Part shown: one piece after another, positions 55,163-64,000 of the stretch | Layout of the letters: each line of letters begins with the position of its first letter | How positions within the stretch are numbered: the stretch's first letter is position 1 | Origin: a virus | IMG/VR virus record: IMGVR_UViG_3300027769_001114 | Location: 1 to 64,000 of that record | DNA: 64,000 nucleotides | Strand: one strand, 5' to 3' | The notes under the pieces: model-generated | Databases searched by the model: none | Told to the model about the DNA's origin: nothing | Seen by the model: only the letters and a program-made list of their open reading frames with translations | Program-made: the position numbers and the translations under genes

Positions 55163-56770
55163 ATGTCGCACAAGAACCTGCTAACAAAAGATGAGCAGGA
55201 AATCAACATTATTGCCGAACTCTGGGAGGCAGATGGCAATAACTCCATCTCTCGTTCAATCACGAGATACAAGCAACCTCCCGCATCTCTCTATTTGAGC
55301 AACTCAGCCAGTACGTCGTCTGAGTGCTTCCTTATTCGTCAGATCAACCTTGCGGCAGATACCGAGTACAGGGCGTTCGTGTTTGGCTACTCCGATACAG
55401 ATCAGACGGAGTTTGGACTCAGGGTGACGACTCGTGATGTTGCTGGAGAAGTTGAGACAATACATACCTCCACTTCAGTAACCGCCTACTCAAAGTGGGT
55501 GCTCTCGTCGGTTGTTTTTACAACGGGGCATGACACTAGGTCAATGTTGCTTGAGCTATACGCCAACGGTGCTCCCGTGTGGTTTGATCAAGTCGTCGTT
55601 ATTCCCAACTACATAAAGCCATACCATCGTTTCACCAATCTTGTCATGAGACACTTTCCCGACTACATGAACGATGTAGACGAGCAGGAGTCATATCACC
55701 TCGCACGGTTCGTTGACGCTGCCGGGGAACTTGGCGACGATATCCTCTCGGCAGTACTTGGGTTTGACTACATCCCAGCAGTTGACGGCATCCCTGGATA
55801 TGACAGATGCACGCTCGTTGATCCTGCGTACTATCCAGACGACACCGTGGCAAAAGCTGAGTGGTTGCCGTGGTTGGCACAACTCGTTGGCGTTAGACCG
55901 ATTACGAGTGGTAGTGGTGGTCGTACGCCGTGGTTTTGGTTGGAGAATGAATATGGAACTTGGTCAAGCCTAGAGACTGCGATTGACCCGACCGGCAACT
56001 CCGTATGGCCGTCGTCGTCATTTGTCCGCACAGGTGGAGTCGTCACCGCAACCCTCGGAATACAGACTTCTGGCCCTGCGTACTTCCCGGCAGTCGGCGA
56101 TGTTGTTGAAGTTACAAATAGTGGAGGCTTCTCAGGTTCGTACTCAATCCTCACTTCCAATAGTGGCACCAAGGTACTTACTTGGTCACAGCCAGGGACT
56201 AACGGAACTTCAACAGCATTGAGTTCAATCCGAGTTTCCGATACCTCGTGGGCCGAACTTGAGTCAGATAATCCGTTGGCTTTTGATACCGTTCGTACGC
56301 TTGCCCACCTGGTCAGGACGAGGGCAACCGGCCTCAGGGCCGGAACGAATAGGGCTATATCCGCCGCCGTTATGGCAGTTCTTGACGGTTTTGACAGCAA
56401 AGCAACAGCCACTGTCACTGATGACGGAGTGCTAGTAACCACAGTTCTCGCACACCCCTTTATTGCTGGCGACTTCGTTGCCCTTTATGACTCGAAAAAC
56501 ACCGTATTTGAAACGTCCTCAACGGTTGACTCGGTAGTCAGCCCAACCTCATTTATTATGACTTCCAGCCTCGTTGACAGGGGATACGGGACGGTTGACT
56601 GCTGGGCGACGAATAAGAGGGTTGTCTTGGAATACGGCGCACTAAGTTCTTCATGGAATCTAACCGTGAAAACAAACGAATCTCAGACACTCGGCGTGGA
56701 TCTCGTGGTCAAGGCGGCGAACCTTGCCAAGCCAGCTGGGGTAGTCGTCTATCACGGCTACAATACATAA
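55163..56770 (+). CDS. baseplate wedge (P2 gpI-like) with an N-terminal carbohydrate-binding-like domain
   Basis: WLPWLAQLVGV, RAGT..AI, AKPAGVV; WFDQV in the N-terminal jelly-roll-like part. Confidence 0.75.
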   Translation: MSHKNLLTKDEQEINIIAELWEADGNNSISRSITRYKQPPASLYLSNSASTSSECFLIRQINLAADTEYRAFVFGYSDTDQTEFGLRVTTRDVAGEVETIHTSTSVTAYSKWVLSSVVFTTGHDTRSMLLELYANGAPVWFDQVVVIPNYIKPYHRFTNLVMRHFPDYMNDVDEQESYHLARFVDAAGELGDDILSAVLGFDYIPAVDGIPGYDRCTLVDPAYYPDDTVAKAEWLPWLAQLVGVRPITSGSGGRTPWFWLENEYGTWSSLETAIDPTGNSVWPSSSFVRTGGVVTATLGIQTSGPAYFPAVGDVVEVTNSGGFSGSYSILTSNSGTKVLTWSQPGTNGTSTALSSIRVSDTSWAELESDNPLAFDTVRTLAHLVRTRATGLRAGTNRAISAAVMAVLDGFDSKATATVTDDGVLVTTVLAHPFIAGDFVALYDSKNTVFETSSTVDSVVSPTSFIMTSSLVDRGYGTVDCWATNKRVVLEYGALSSSWNLTVKTNESQTLGVDLVVKAANLAKPAGVVVYHGYNT

Positions 56771-56788
56771 CGGACCGGAGGAAAGCAA

Positions 56789-58651
56789 ATGGCTACAGGA
56801 ACAACAACGAGGATCGGGCTGACTACATGGTCCTCAGGCGACGATCCTTTCGGCAGGGCGCAGTTTCAGCAAGACAACTTGTCAATGGACAACCTTGTAG
56901 CCATATTTAGAACCGGGGCAACGGGGGTAAAGCCCGTCGCCTCCGAGGCCGCTCATTCCAAAACATTCTTCTATGACACCACAACGGGTGTCCTTTCGTA
57001 CAATAATGGCACAGCGTGGAATACGCTTGACGACAAGGCAGAGTCAGCCGATGCCTATACGGTCATTGCTGGGTCGATTGAGATACCGCAGGGTGCCTCT
57101 ACTAGGATTTCTCGTGCCGATCACAAACACGCCATCAGTACGGCAACCGGCGTATCTATTACTGGCACGAGTGCCGAAGGGACGTCGACGTCTCTTGCGA
57201 GGGCAGATCATAACCACGCCCTTAGTAATGGGGTAATCGGGGCTGCTCAGATTGCCGCGGCGGTAGTTGGTAAGGCAAAACTTGCCACCGATATTGTTCA
57301 TGCAACTGGAGGACTCACATTCACCAATGTGGATGGTCTGTCAGTAAACCTTGGTGCGACTATTGAGTTGTCGTCAAATGCCTTGATCGTCAAGACCAAC
57401 ACGATTGGCCCGACCCACCTGACTACCGGCGTGGCAGGTAACGGGCTTGCTGGGGGTGGCGGCACCGCCTTGTCCGTCAATGTTGACGACTCCACACTTG
57501 AGATCAACACGGACAGTCTTAGGGTCAAGGACGCGGGCGTCGGTAGGGCGAAGTTCAACGCAGACGTTGTCAAAACCAACGGCGGACTTAGTTTTGCAAC
57601 TACGGCGGGTGCGACCGGTGGGCTCTCCGTCAATACCGATGGTACGACCATTGAGCTCTCTGTCACCGGTGGACTTAGAGTCAAAGACACAGGAGTGGGC
57701 AAGGCGAAACTCAACTCTGATGTAGTCAAGTCTCTTGGCGGGTTGACATTCTCCAATGTTGACGGACTCTCCGTCAATACAGACGGAACCACGACCGAGC
57801 TCTCTTCTGGCAACATCATCGTCAAGGATGCCGGTATTGGCAGAGCAAAGTTCAATGCGGATGTCGTCAAGACAAGTGGCGGACTTAGTTTTGCGACTAC
57901 GGCTGGCGCAACCGGCGGACTTTCCGTCAATACCGATGGGTCAACGACGGAACTCTCGTCTGGCAACATCATCGTCAAGGACGGTGGCATCACCAAGGCT
58001 AAGTTCAACTCGAATGTAGTGAAGACTAATGGTGGTCTTGTGTTCGTTGCGCTCGACGGACTCTCGGTCAATACCGACGCAAGCACCATTGAACTATCTG
58101 TCGGTGGTGCGCTCAGGGTCAAAGACACGGGCATTGGCAAGGCAAAACTCAACTCTGATGTAGTCAAGTCTCTTGGCGGATTGACATTCTCCAATGTTGA
58201 CGGACTCTCGGTCAATACTTCAACGACCATCGGCTTATCGTCGGGCAACCTGATCGTGAATACGAATACGATCGGCCCAACACACCTCACAACTTCCGTG
58301 GCCGGCAACGGCATCACGGGCGGAAACGGTACGGCACTCGCCGCACTGGCTGATCCGAACGGTGTTACCACCGGGCTTGCGAGTATTTCGGTTGGAGCGG
58401 GCGGAATCAAGGTAAACGGAGGCATCGTCCTTACTTCTGCGGGAGCACCATCAACGACACCGCCCAACGGGAACATGAACGTTGACACGACGAACCACGT
58501 CCTGTACTACAGGTCGGGTTCTGCATGGAAGAACGCCCTCTGGGCTGCAGGAACGGTCAATAGTGCTCCATCGGCAAAGGGTGTATGGATCTCTGCGGGG
58601 ACGACTCCGACTACTCAGGGTGCTGTTGGCGACATCTGGATTACCTACTAG
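56789..58651 (+). CDS. tail fibre with tandem 47-51-aa repeats
   Basis: TTRIGL..W N-terminus; ARADH.H motifs; repeated VKD.G.G.AK.N.DVVK..GGL.F...GLSVNTD. Confidence 0.85.
   Translation: MATGTTTRIGLTTWSSGDDPFGRAQFQQDNLSMDNLVAIFRTGATGVKPVASEAAHSKTFFYDTTTGVLSYNNGTAWNTLDDKAESADAYTVIAGSIEIPQGASTRISRADHKHAISTATGVSITGTSAEGTSTSLARADHNHALSNGVIGAAQIAAAVVGKAKLATDIVHATGGLTFTNVDGLSVNLGATIELSSNALIVKTNTIGPTHLTTGVAGNGLAGGGGTALSVNVDDSTLEINTDSLRVKDAGVGRAKFNADVVKTNGGLSFATTAGATGGLSVNTDGTTIELSVTGGLRVKDTGVGKAKLNSDVVKSLGGLTFSNVDGLSVNTDGTTTELSSGNIIVKDAGIGRAKFNADVVKTSGGLSFATTAGATGGLSVNTDGSTTELSSGNIIVKDGGITKAKFNSNVVKTNGGLVFVALDGLSVNTDASTIELSVGGALRVKDTGIGKAKLNSDVVKSLGGLTFSNVDGLSVNTSTTIGLSSGNLIVNTNTIGPTHLTTSVAGNGITGGNGTALAALADPNGVTTGLASISVGAGGIKVNGGIVLTSAGAPSTTPPNGNMNVDTTNHVLYYRSGSAWKNALWAAGTVNSAPSAKGVWISAGTTPTTQGAVGDIWITY
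57260..58340 (+). repeat. about 8 imperfect tandem repeats (about 140-150 nt) in the fibre gene
   Basis: Near-identical DNA at 57708-57780 and 58146-58218. Confidence 0.85.
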
Positions 58652-58657
58652 GTCGCC

Positions 58658-60451
58658 ATGGCAATCCATGTAAAGACCGGTGCCTCCACATGGACAGAGG
58701 TGACCAACACAGCCCCAAACATAAGGGTCAAGACGGGTGCGTCAACGTGGACGGAGGCCTCCTTGGTCTATGTCAAAACTGGCTCAGGTTGGCAACTTGT
58801 CTGGGACAACGCAGCGGTTCCGCCCGTTTACTCGTCACACTCGTCATCTGCCTCGGGAACGGGGTCACCCGACAAGTCAAGTTTCACCATTGTGTGGACG
58901 CAACCGACTATCTATAGTTTCTCCAAGTATCAGTTCACATCTGATGGCGGCGCAACCTGGGGTGGAGACGTTACTAACGCCGGTCTGAGGACATACACCT
59001 GGACGAACCTGAACTCGTCTACCTCATATACATTCGGTGTCCGTACGGTGACGGTTAGTGGTCGAACGGGCGAGATGCTCTATACCGCCACGACCGCCAA
59101 CGGCAACCCGCAACCCGTCACTTCGGGGTCGTCCGCATCGCTGACTTCCTCCGGGGGAACGATCTCGTGGACGGCGTCAACATCCACCGACCTCGCCTCA
59201 ACCAATAGGTACGAAATATGGGCGGACGGGGCAACATCGGCAACCTTCTCTCAGAACGGTGTCTCCAAGGCGATTACCGGCCTTTCGCAAAATACGTCCT
59301 ACACATATACCGTCTACGCCGTTGACTCTGGCGGTCTGAAGTCTTCGGGCTTGGCAATCTCGTTCACGACGACCAATGCCAACCCGCCCGCACCGACATT
59401 GACGGGGAACTACGCCAAAGCGCACGACACTACGAGCAGGACAACCACGGGGGCCGTCAGGAAGGGCCTCACATGGAGGGTTCAGTACTCCGGCGAAGCG
59501 GTCTCAATGACATACAACGTGTATACCTGGAACGGAACAAGTTATGTGGACTATACGTCCGGAATACTCTACGCCACTAACAACAGACAGACATCCGTAG
59601 ATACGACATTGGCCTTCACTGGTCTTCTGGCAAGCACCGACTACTACCTTCGTGTGACGGCTACAGATGCCAACTCTGGGTCTACCGACTCAACTATTGT
59701 CGGCGGAACGACATATGCCGCCTACGAGTACGAGAGGACGGCCACAAGCAACTGGTTCTCAACATGGGTTGATGTGAATCAGGCTTACGCCTCCGCCAAC
59801 CTCAGACGTTCAAGCATTGCCCCCAACTTTGATCAGAACAATGTCGGCACGGGTAACGTAAACGGCTGGATATCTGGTCCTAATGCACAACCCTCAAACG
59901 CTGACAGTTACGAGTGGATCGCCTGGCCGTTTGACTGGGCGACATGGGCACCGAGTATCCCGAGGTATGTCACCTACAACACTCGCCCCGCTGGAGGAAA
60001 CCTAGTAGAAAGTACTGATCAGTCTAGGTGGATTGTGGGTTTCAGATACGGTCTGAACACCAATGCGTTCAATAAAGACGTGATTATGTATGTCTCGCTT
60101 GGCAACAACTACGACTCAACGAAGCCGGTGGTCGGTGGGACTAGCACTACTACCTGGAACGCAGGTGCCATCGGCACGATCCCGTACGTTGGCGCGAATG
60201 CTCAAAACACCTACTATACGTACACCACGCAGAACGCCACAGGTACCCACTCATTTGAGTACGTTCCAGTAGCGAACTTTTTCTGGACGCAGATCGCCGA
60301 GTGGGAGGGCAGTGGGCTGATCGTCAGATACACGAGCACGAGGCTTAGTACATACAGTGGGTACGGGTTGACTAACTGGAGGGCGTCGGCCGTATCGTTT
60401 GGACTGAGAGTCCTCTACAGAACGATCACCGAGACCGCCTACTACCGTTGA
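58658..60451 (+). CDS. fibronectin type III domain tail-associated protein
   Basis: LNSSTSYTFGVRTV, ITGLSQNTSYTYTVYAVD, FTGLLASTDYYLRVTA; N-terminal VKTG..W repeats. Confidence 0.85.
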   Translation: MAIHVKTGASTWTEVTNTAPNIRVKTGASTWTEASLVYVKTGSGWQLVWDNAAVPPVYSSHSSSASGTGSPDKSSFTIVWTQPTIYSFSKYQFTSDGGATWGGDVTNAGLRTYTWTNLNSSTSYTFGVRTVTVSGRTGEMLYTATTANGNPQPVTSGSSASLTSSGGTISWTASTSTDLASTNRYEIWADGATSATFSQNGVSKAITGLSQNTSYTYTVYAVDSGGLKSSGLAISFTTTNANPPAPTLTGNYAKAHDTTSRTTTGAVRKGLTWRVQYSGEAVSMTYNVYTWNGTSYVDYTSGILYATNNRQTSVDTTLAFTGLLASTDYYLRVTATDANSGSTDSTIVGGTTYAAYEYERTATSNWFSTWVDVNQAYASANLRRSSIAPNFDQNNVGTGNVNGWISGPNAQPSNADSYEWIAWPFDWATWAPSIPRYVTYNTRPAGGNLVESTDQSRWIVGFRYGLNTNAFNKDVIMYVSLGNNYDSTKPVVGGTSTTTWNAGAIGTIPYVGANAQNTYYTYTTQNATGTHSFEYVPVANFFWTQIAEWEGSGLIVRYTSTRLSTYSGYGLTNWRASAVSFGLRVLYRTITETAYYR

Positions 60452-60494
60452 CATCTAGGGGTTGCTGTCACGACTGTCGTGTATCGTTTGTCGG

Positions 60495-60857
60495 ATGTCC
60501 CCCGAAGTCGCCTCAGGAGCAACGGCCGCCGTGGTCGCCATGATCTCTGGTTTCTTCCTCTGGCACACGCAGAAGGACGGCAACAAGGTGTCAAAGATAA
60601 ACACCGTCCTGGACGCTTATGACGGCATCGTCAAGAACCTGCAGGCTGAGATTGACAGAATGAAGCACGACCTTGAGGACATGAGATCCGCAATGGAAGA
60701 GTGCGAGAAGCGCAATACCGACCTTGCTACCGAGGTTGCGTTGCTTAGGGAGCAGGTTGAAGGACTCGGCGAAAGTCCCATAAAGAACGATGAGCAGGCC
60801 CTAAAGAAGAAGGCCACTCCAAGGATGCAAGCCGCGAGGAAGCCCAAGGGAGGCTGA
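60495..60857 (+). CDS. single-TM plus coiled-coil protein (holin/antiholin-like)
   Basis: N-terminal hydrophobic helix followed by heptads. Confidence 0.55.
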   Translation: MSPEVASGATAAVVAMISGFFLWHTQKDGNKVSKINTVLDAYDGIVKNLQAEIDRMKHDLEDMRSAMEECEKRNTDLATEVALLREQVEGLGESPIKNDEQALKKKATPRMQAARKPKGG

Positions 60858-60858
60858 C

Positions 60859-61077
60859 GTGGCAAAGGACGGCGACGATGAGGCCGTCATCCGCGAGGCA
60901 CTTTCGGCCCTTTCCCCAGAGGGCGGAGTCATTACCCATTGGGTGATGGTTATGGAGGTCTTCGTTGACGGCGACAGAGACCTGCATGTATCAAGCTCAG
61001 AGGGTGTCACCCCGTGGATGGCTCTTGGGATGCTCGAAGCGGCCAAAATGATAGCCGCCGAAGAGGACGACGACTAA
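60859..61077 (+). CDS. small hypothetical protein
   Basis: GGAGG SD; ITHWV..TPWMALGML. Confidence 0.7.
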   Translation: MAKDGDDEAVIREALSALSPEGGVITHWVMVMEVFVDGDRDLHVSSSEGVTPWMALGMLEAAKMIAAEEDDD

Positions 61078-61139
61078 CCTGCTACCATCCTTGAGGCGGT
61101 CAACGCCTATGATTGTGGTGACAATCGGGAGGTAAGACT

Positions 61140-61505
61140 GTGATCGCCGGCATCTACAACATCACCTGCGACCAGGGAAGCACGTTTGAGAGGGTATTTA
61201 GGGTCACCTATCAGGACGAGGTAGACCCGGATCTCTACCATCCGTATGACTTTTCTGGCTATACCGCCCGTATGCAGATCCGTAGGGATGTTTCTGCCAC
61301 CACCACACTTGCCGTCCTCACCACCCAGAACGGGAGTATTACCATTGGGGAAGAAGAGGGAACAGTCACCATTTCGCTGACTGCGACTCAGACTGCCGCC
61401 ATTGAACGCTCTGGTGTGTACGACATTGAGATCATCGCCCCTGATCAGAGCGTACAGAAGATCGTGAGGGGCAACTTCGAGCTCAACCTTGAGGTCACTA
61501 GGTGA
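61140..61505 (+). CDS. Ig-like (BppU/LtfC-type) tail adaptor protein
   Basis: DQGSTF..DFSGYTARMQIR..GVYDIEI..G.F. Confidence 0.75.
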   Translation: MIAGIYNITCDQGSTFERVFRVTYQDEVDPDLYHPYDFSGYTARMQIRRDVSATTTLAVLTTQNGSITIGEEEGTVTISLTATQTAAIERSGVYDIEIIAPDQSVQKIVRGNFELNLEVTR

Positions 61506-62110
61506 GCGAAACAAGGATTGTCGTTGGCCAAGAGGTCAGTAACGTCTATGTCTCAGGCGACCCGCCGAACCTCGTTGAGGTGACGGAGGCGACGAAGAAC
61601 CTCGTCGTTGTCTCACAGGAACTGCAGAACGTCATTGACGTTGTCACCAAGGGGACGCAGGGTCCAGCAGGTACGCAGATCATTGACGGAGAAGGCGCAC
61701 CCTCCAACTCCATTGGAAGAATCGGCGATTACTTCTTTGACAGGCCAAACGGCAAGCTCTATGGACCAAAGACGGCACTTGGCTGGGGCAACACCTATGT
61801 TCAGCTCCTGGCGTTTCTTGCCCTTGACGACATCACCGATGTGAACTCCACGAGTGCGGCAGATCAGGAAGTTCTCATGTACGAGGACTCAACCAATACA
61901 TGGAAGAACCAAAGAATCAGGTACAAGCACGATCAGGCACTGCCCGCCGATGTGTGGACGATCAACCACGGCCTCAAGACAAAGCCTGCGGCCATCGCCA
62001 TATTCGACACATCCGACACCATGGTCTTCGGCGATGTAGATCATGTGAGCGAAAATCAAGTCGTGCTTAGTTTTAGTTCGGCCTTTGCCGGGGTGGCGTA
62101 CCTGACATGA
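61502..62110 (+). CDS. tail fibre-associated protein
   Basis: G.QGPAG, G.GAPSN.IG..GDY, WTINHGL..P. Confidence 0.7.
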   Translation: MSETRIVVGQEVSNVYVSGDPPNLVEVTEATKNLVVVSQELQNVIDVVTKGTQGPAGTQIIDGEGAPSNSIGRIGDYFFDRPNGKLYGPKTALGWGNTYVQLLAFLALDDITDVNSTSAADQEVLMYEDSTNTWKNQRIRYKHDQALPADVWTINHGLKTKPAAIAIFDTSDTMVFGDVDHVSENQVVLSFSSAFAGVAYLT

Positions 62111-64000
62111 CCACGAAACATCTCAGTGGCATAACCGTTCCCTCTATATCCGTTGACGGAATAGAACTTGACCCCACGGGTGCTGTGACCGGGCAAGTTC
62201 TGCGTTATGACGGTACAAAGTTCGTCCCTGCCGCCGCCGTTGATGGTGTCGTCATCACATCTGCCCACGACGGACAAGTACTGATCTATAACGGCACGAA
62301 CTGGGTCAACGGGTCGTACCCGACGCACGAACCAACCGGCCACGAGGACGCATCGCAGAGCGAACTTGACTTCGACACAGGGACAAGGATCTTCACGATC
62401 TCCCCCGTTACAACATCTCATGCGGTATGGGTGAACGGAAAAAGGTATGTCAAGACGACTTCCGAGAGCGTCACGTTCCCGAATACCTCTGCTCTCTACT
62501 TCGTCTACTACAACTCGTCCGCCACGCTCTCGTACTCAACCTCGTTCTTTGATCTCAAGACACAAGCACCGGTTGCCTATGTCTACTGGAACTCAACCGA
62601 TGCCACCGACCACTTCTTTGCGGACGAGCGCCACGGCATCGTCATGGACTGGGCAACGCACGAGTATCTTCATAGAACCAGGGGCGCGGCGATCGCCAGT
62701 GGTTTCGGGGCGAACGTTTACAGCACTACTGGCGACGGCTCACTTGACGCTCACGCTCAGATTGACATCTCCAACGGCGTGTTCTTTGACGAAGACAAGA
62801 AGATTGAGATCACGCACTCGGCCTCGCCGGCGTATCACTCATTCCAACAAGTACTTCAGGGCGGTGCGGAGATCCCGATCTTCTACCGCACGAACTCCCA
62901 TTACAGGAGGGATTCCGCAACCAAGTTCCCTATGAAGCAGGGGACGGCGAGAGTCGCCTACAACCGTTACAACGCCGGGGTATGGTCAACGCCCGACATT
63001 GACAACAACAAGTTTGGTGTCACCTTCATTGTGGCGACAAACGACCTTCATGCCCCCGTCATCGGTATGCTCGGTCAGGCGCAGTACACCGATCAGGGTT
63101 CAGCCGAGGCGGCGAAGTGGGAGGACATGAACCTCTCTGACTTCCCGGTCTACGAGTTCCGCCCCCTGTACAAAATCGTCTATCAGACCGCCAACGCCTA
63201 CGACAACACCCCAAATGCAAGGATCACCGCAGTCATTGACATGCGCGTGGCAACGACGACGGGTGGCTCCGTCCCGACAACCCCTGTTACCGATCACGGC
63301 TCAATGACCGGCCTCTCGGACGACGACCACACGCAGTACCTGACCGACGTAAGACACGACGCGCTTGACCACAGCACGGCTCTTGGTTCAACGGCACTTG
63401 ACGACATCGGCAATGTAGTCATCACCGATCCCGACGGACTAGATGTTTTGCAGTGGAACGGCTCAAACTGGGTTAACTCACAGGTCATTGGGCCACAAGG
63501 TGCGCAAGGCGCACAAGGCGCACAAGGAGCGCAGGGAGCACAAGGCACTCAGGGTGTTGACGGCTCACAAGGTCCACAAGGTACTCAGGGAGTTGAAGGA
63601 CCACAGGGTTCAACCGGCGCACAAGGCGATGTTGGCCCACAGGGAGCAGAAGGTTCGCAGGGCGCAGAAGGGCCACAAGGGACACAAGGTGTGCAGGGTG
63701 CCGATGGTGCGCAGGGTTTAACTGGCGCACAAGGGGCGCAGGGTGCTGATGGTTCACAGGGTCCGCAGGGATACACGGGTCCTCAGGGCGATGCTGGACC
63801 ACAAGGCCCGCAGGGAGACCAAGGGGCGCAGGGATCACAAGGTGCTCAAGGGGCGGTTGGTTCACAAGGACCACAGGGCGACAGTGGACCTCAAGGTTCG
63901 CAAGGTCCTCAAGGCGATGTCGGCGCACAAGGTGCTACTGGACCTCAGGGTGCCAATGGCGCACAAGGCTCGCAGGGTCCGCAAGGGTCTCAAGGCGATG
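62107..64000 (+). CDS. collagen-like tail fibre (partial; runs off the window and is absent from the ORF track)
   Basis: ATG 62107 overlaps the upstream stop; [16 protein letters not shown]..; G-X-Q triplets from about 63490. Confidence 0.88.
   Translation, partial: MTTKHLSGITVPSISVDGIELDPTGAVTGQVLRYDGTKFVPAAAVDGVVITSAHDGQVLIYNGTNWVNGSYPTHEPTGHEDASQSELDFDTGTRIFTISPVTTSHAVWVNGKRYVKTTSESVTFPNTSALYFVYYNSSATLSYSTSFFDLKTQAPVAYVYWNSTDATDHFFADERHGIVMDWATHEYLHRTRGAAIASGFGANVYSTTGDGSLDAHAQIDISNGVFFDEDKKIEITHSASPAYHSFQQVLQGGAEIPIFYRTNSHYRRDSATKFPMKQGTARVAYNRYNAGVWSTPDIDNNKFGVTFIVATNDLHAPVIGMLGQAQYTDQGSAEAAKWEDMNLSDFPVYEFRPLYKIVYQTANAYDNTPNARITAVIDMRVATTTGGSVPTTPVTDHGSMTGLSDDDHTQYLTDVRHDALDHSTALGSTALDDIGNVVITDPDGLDVLQWNGSNWVNSQVIGPQGAQGAQGAQGAQGAQGTQGVDGSQGPQGTQGVEGPQGSTGAQGDVGPQGAEGSQGAEGPQGTQGVQGADGAQGLTGAQGAQGADGSQGPQGYTGPQGDAGPQGPQGDQGAQGSQGAQGAVGSQGPQGDSGPQGSQGPQGDVGAQGATGPQGANGAQGSQGPQGSQGD
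63490..64000 (+). repeat. collagen G-(A/P/S/T/D)-Q 9-nt tandem repeat
   Basis: Repeated GGN-NCN-CAR units. Confidence 0.92.

Noticed and set aside
57298-58488. 396-aa antisense ORF
   Set aside because: It is a shadow of the repetitive tail fibre gene, with no independent signals.
63443-63928. Short ORFs on both strands in the last 600 bp
   Set aside because: They are off-frame or antisense readings of the collagen repeat of the gene starting at 62107.
1-64000. tRNA/rRNA genes, integrase, att sites or transposases
   Set aside because: Intergenic gaps are short and none showed such features by eye. A tRNAscan/Infernal run would be needed to exclude small RNAs.

Overview
The window is a 64-kb fragment of a large, moderately GC-rich tailed phage with an HK97-type capsid and a contractile tail. 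The host is probably an actinobacterium, inferred from recurrent leaderless-gene architecture, extended -10 boxes, GTG/TTG starts and cell-wall domains in the tail. In order it contains: (1) about 19 kb of large multidomain 'polyvalent' proteins directly upstream of the major capsid gene. They carry HhH-glycosylase-like, HipA/PI3K-like kinase and pseudokinase, pentapeptide, ART-like, zeta-toxin and HDxxGH domains, share short motifs and are interspersed with small genes. (2) The capsid gene and a class II ribonucleotide reductase. (3) A C5 DNA methyltransferase spread over four coupled ORFs plus an overlapping alternative-frame chain, with roughly 16 TRD-like units. (4) A portal-MuF fusion divergent from the terminase, then recombination genes and a ParB/IbrA/IbrB module. 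(5) Neck, sheath, tube, chaperone, tape measure, baseplate and fibre genes, including a spike ending in a DUF1566/CLec domain with a DGR-like variable region. No tRNA, rRNA, CRISPR array, integrase or reverse transcriptase was recognised. All family assignments are from motif recognition by eye, without database searches.
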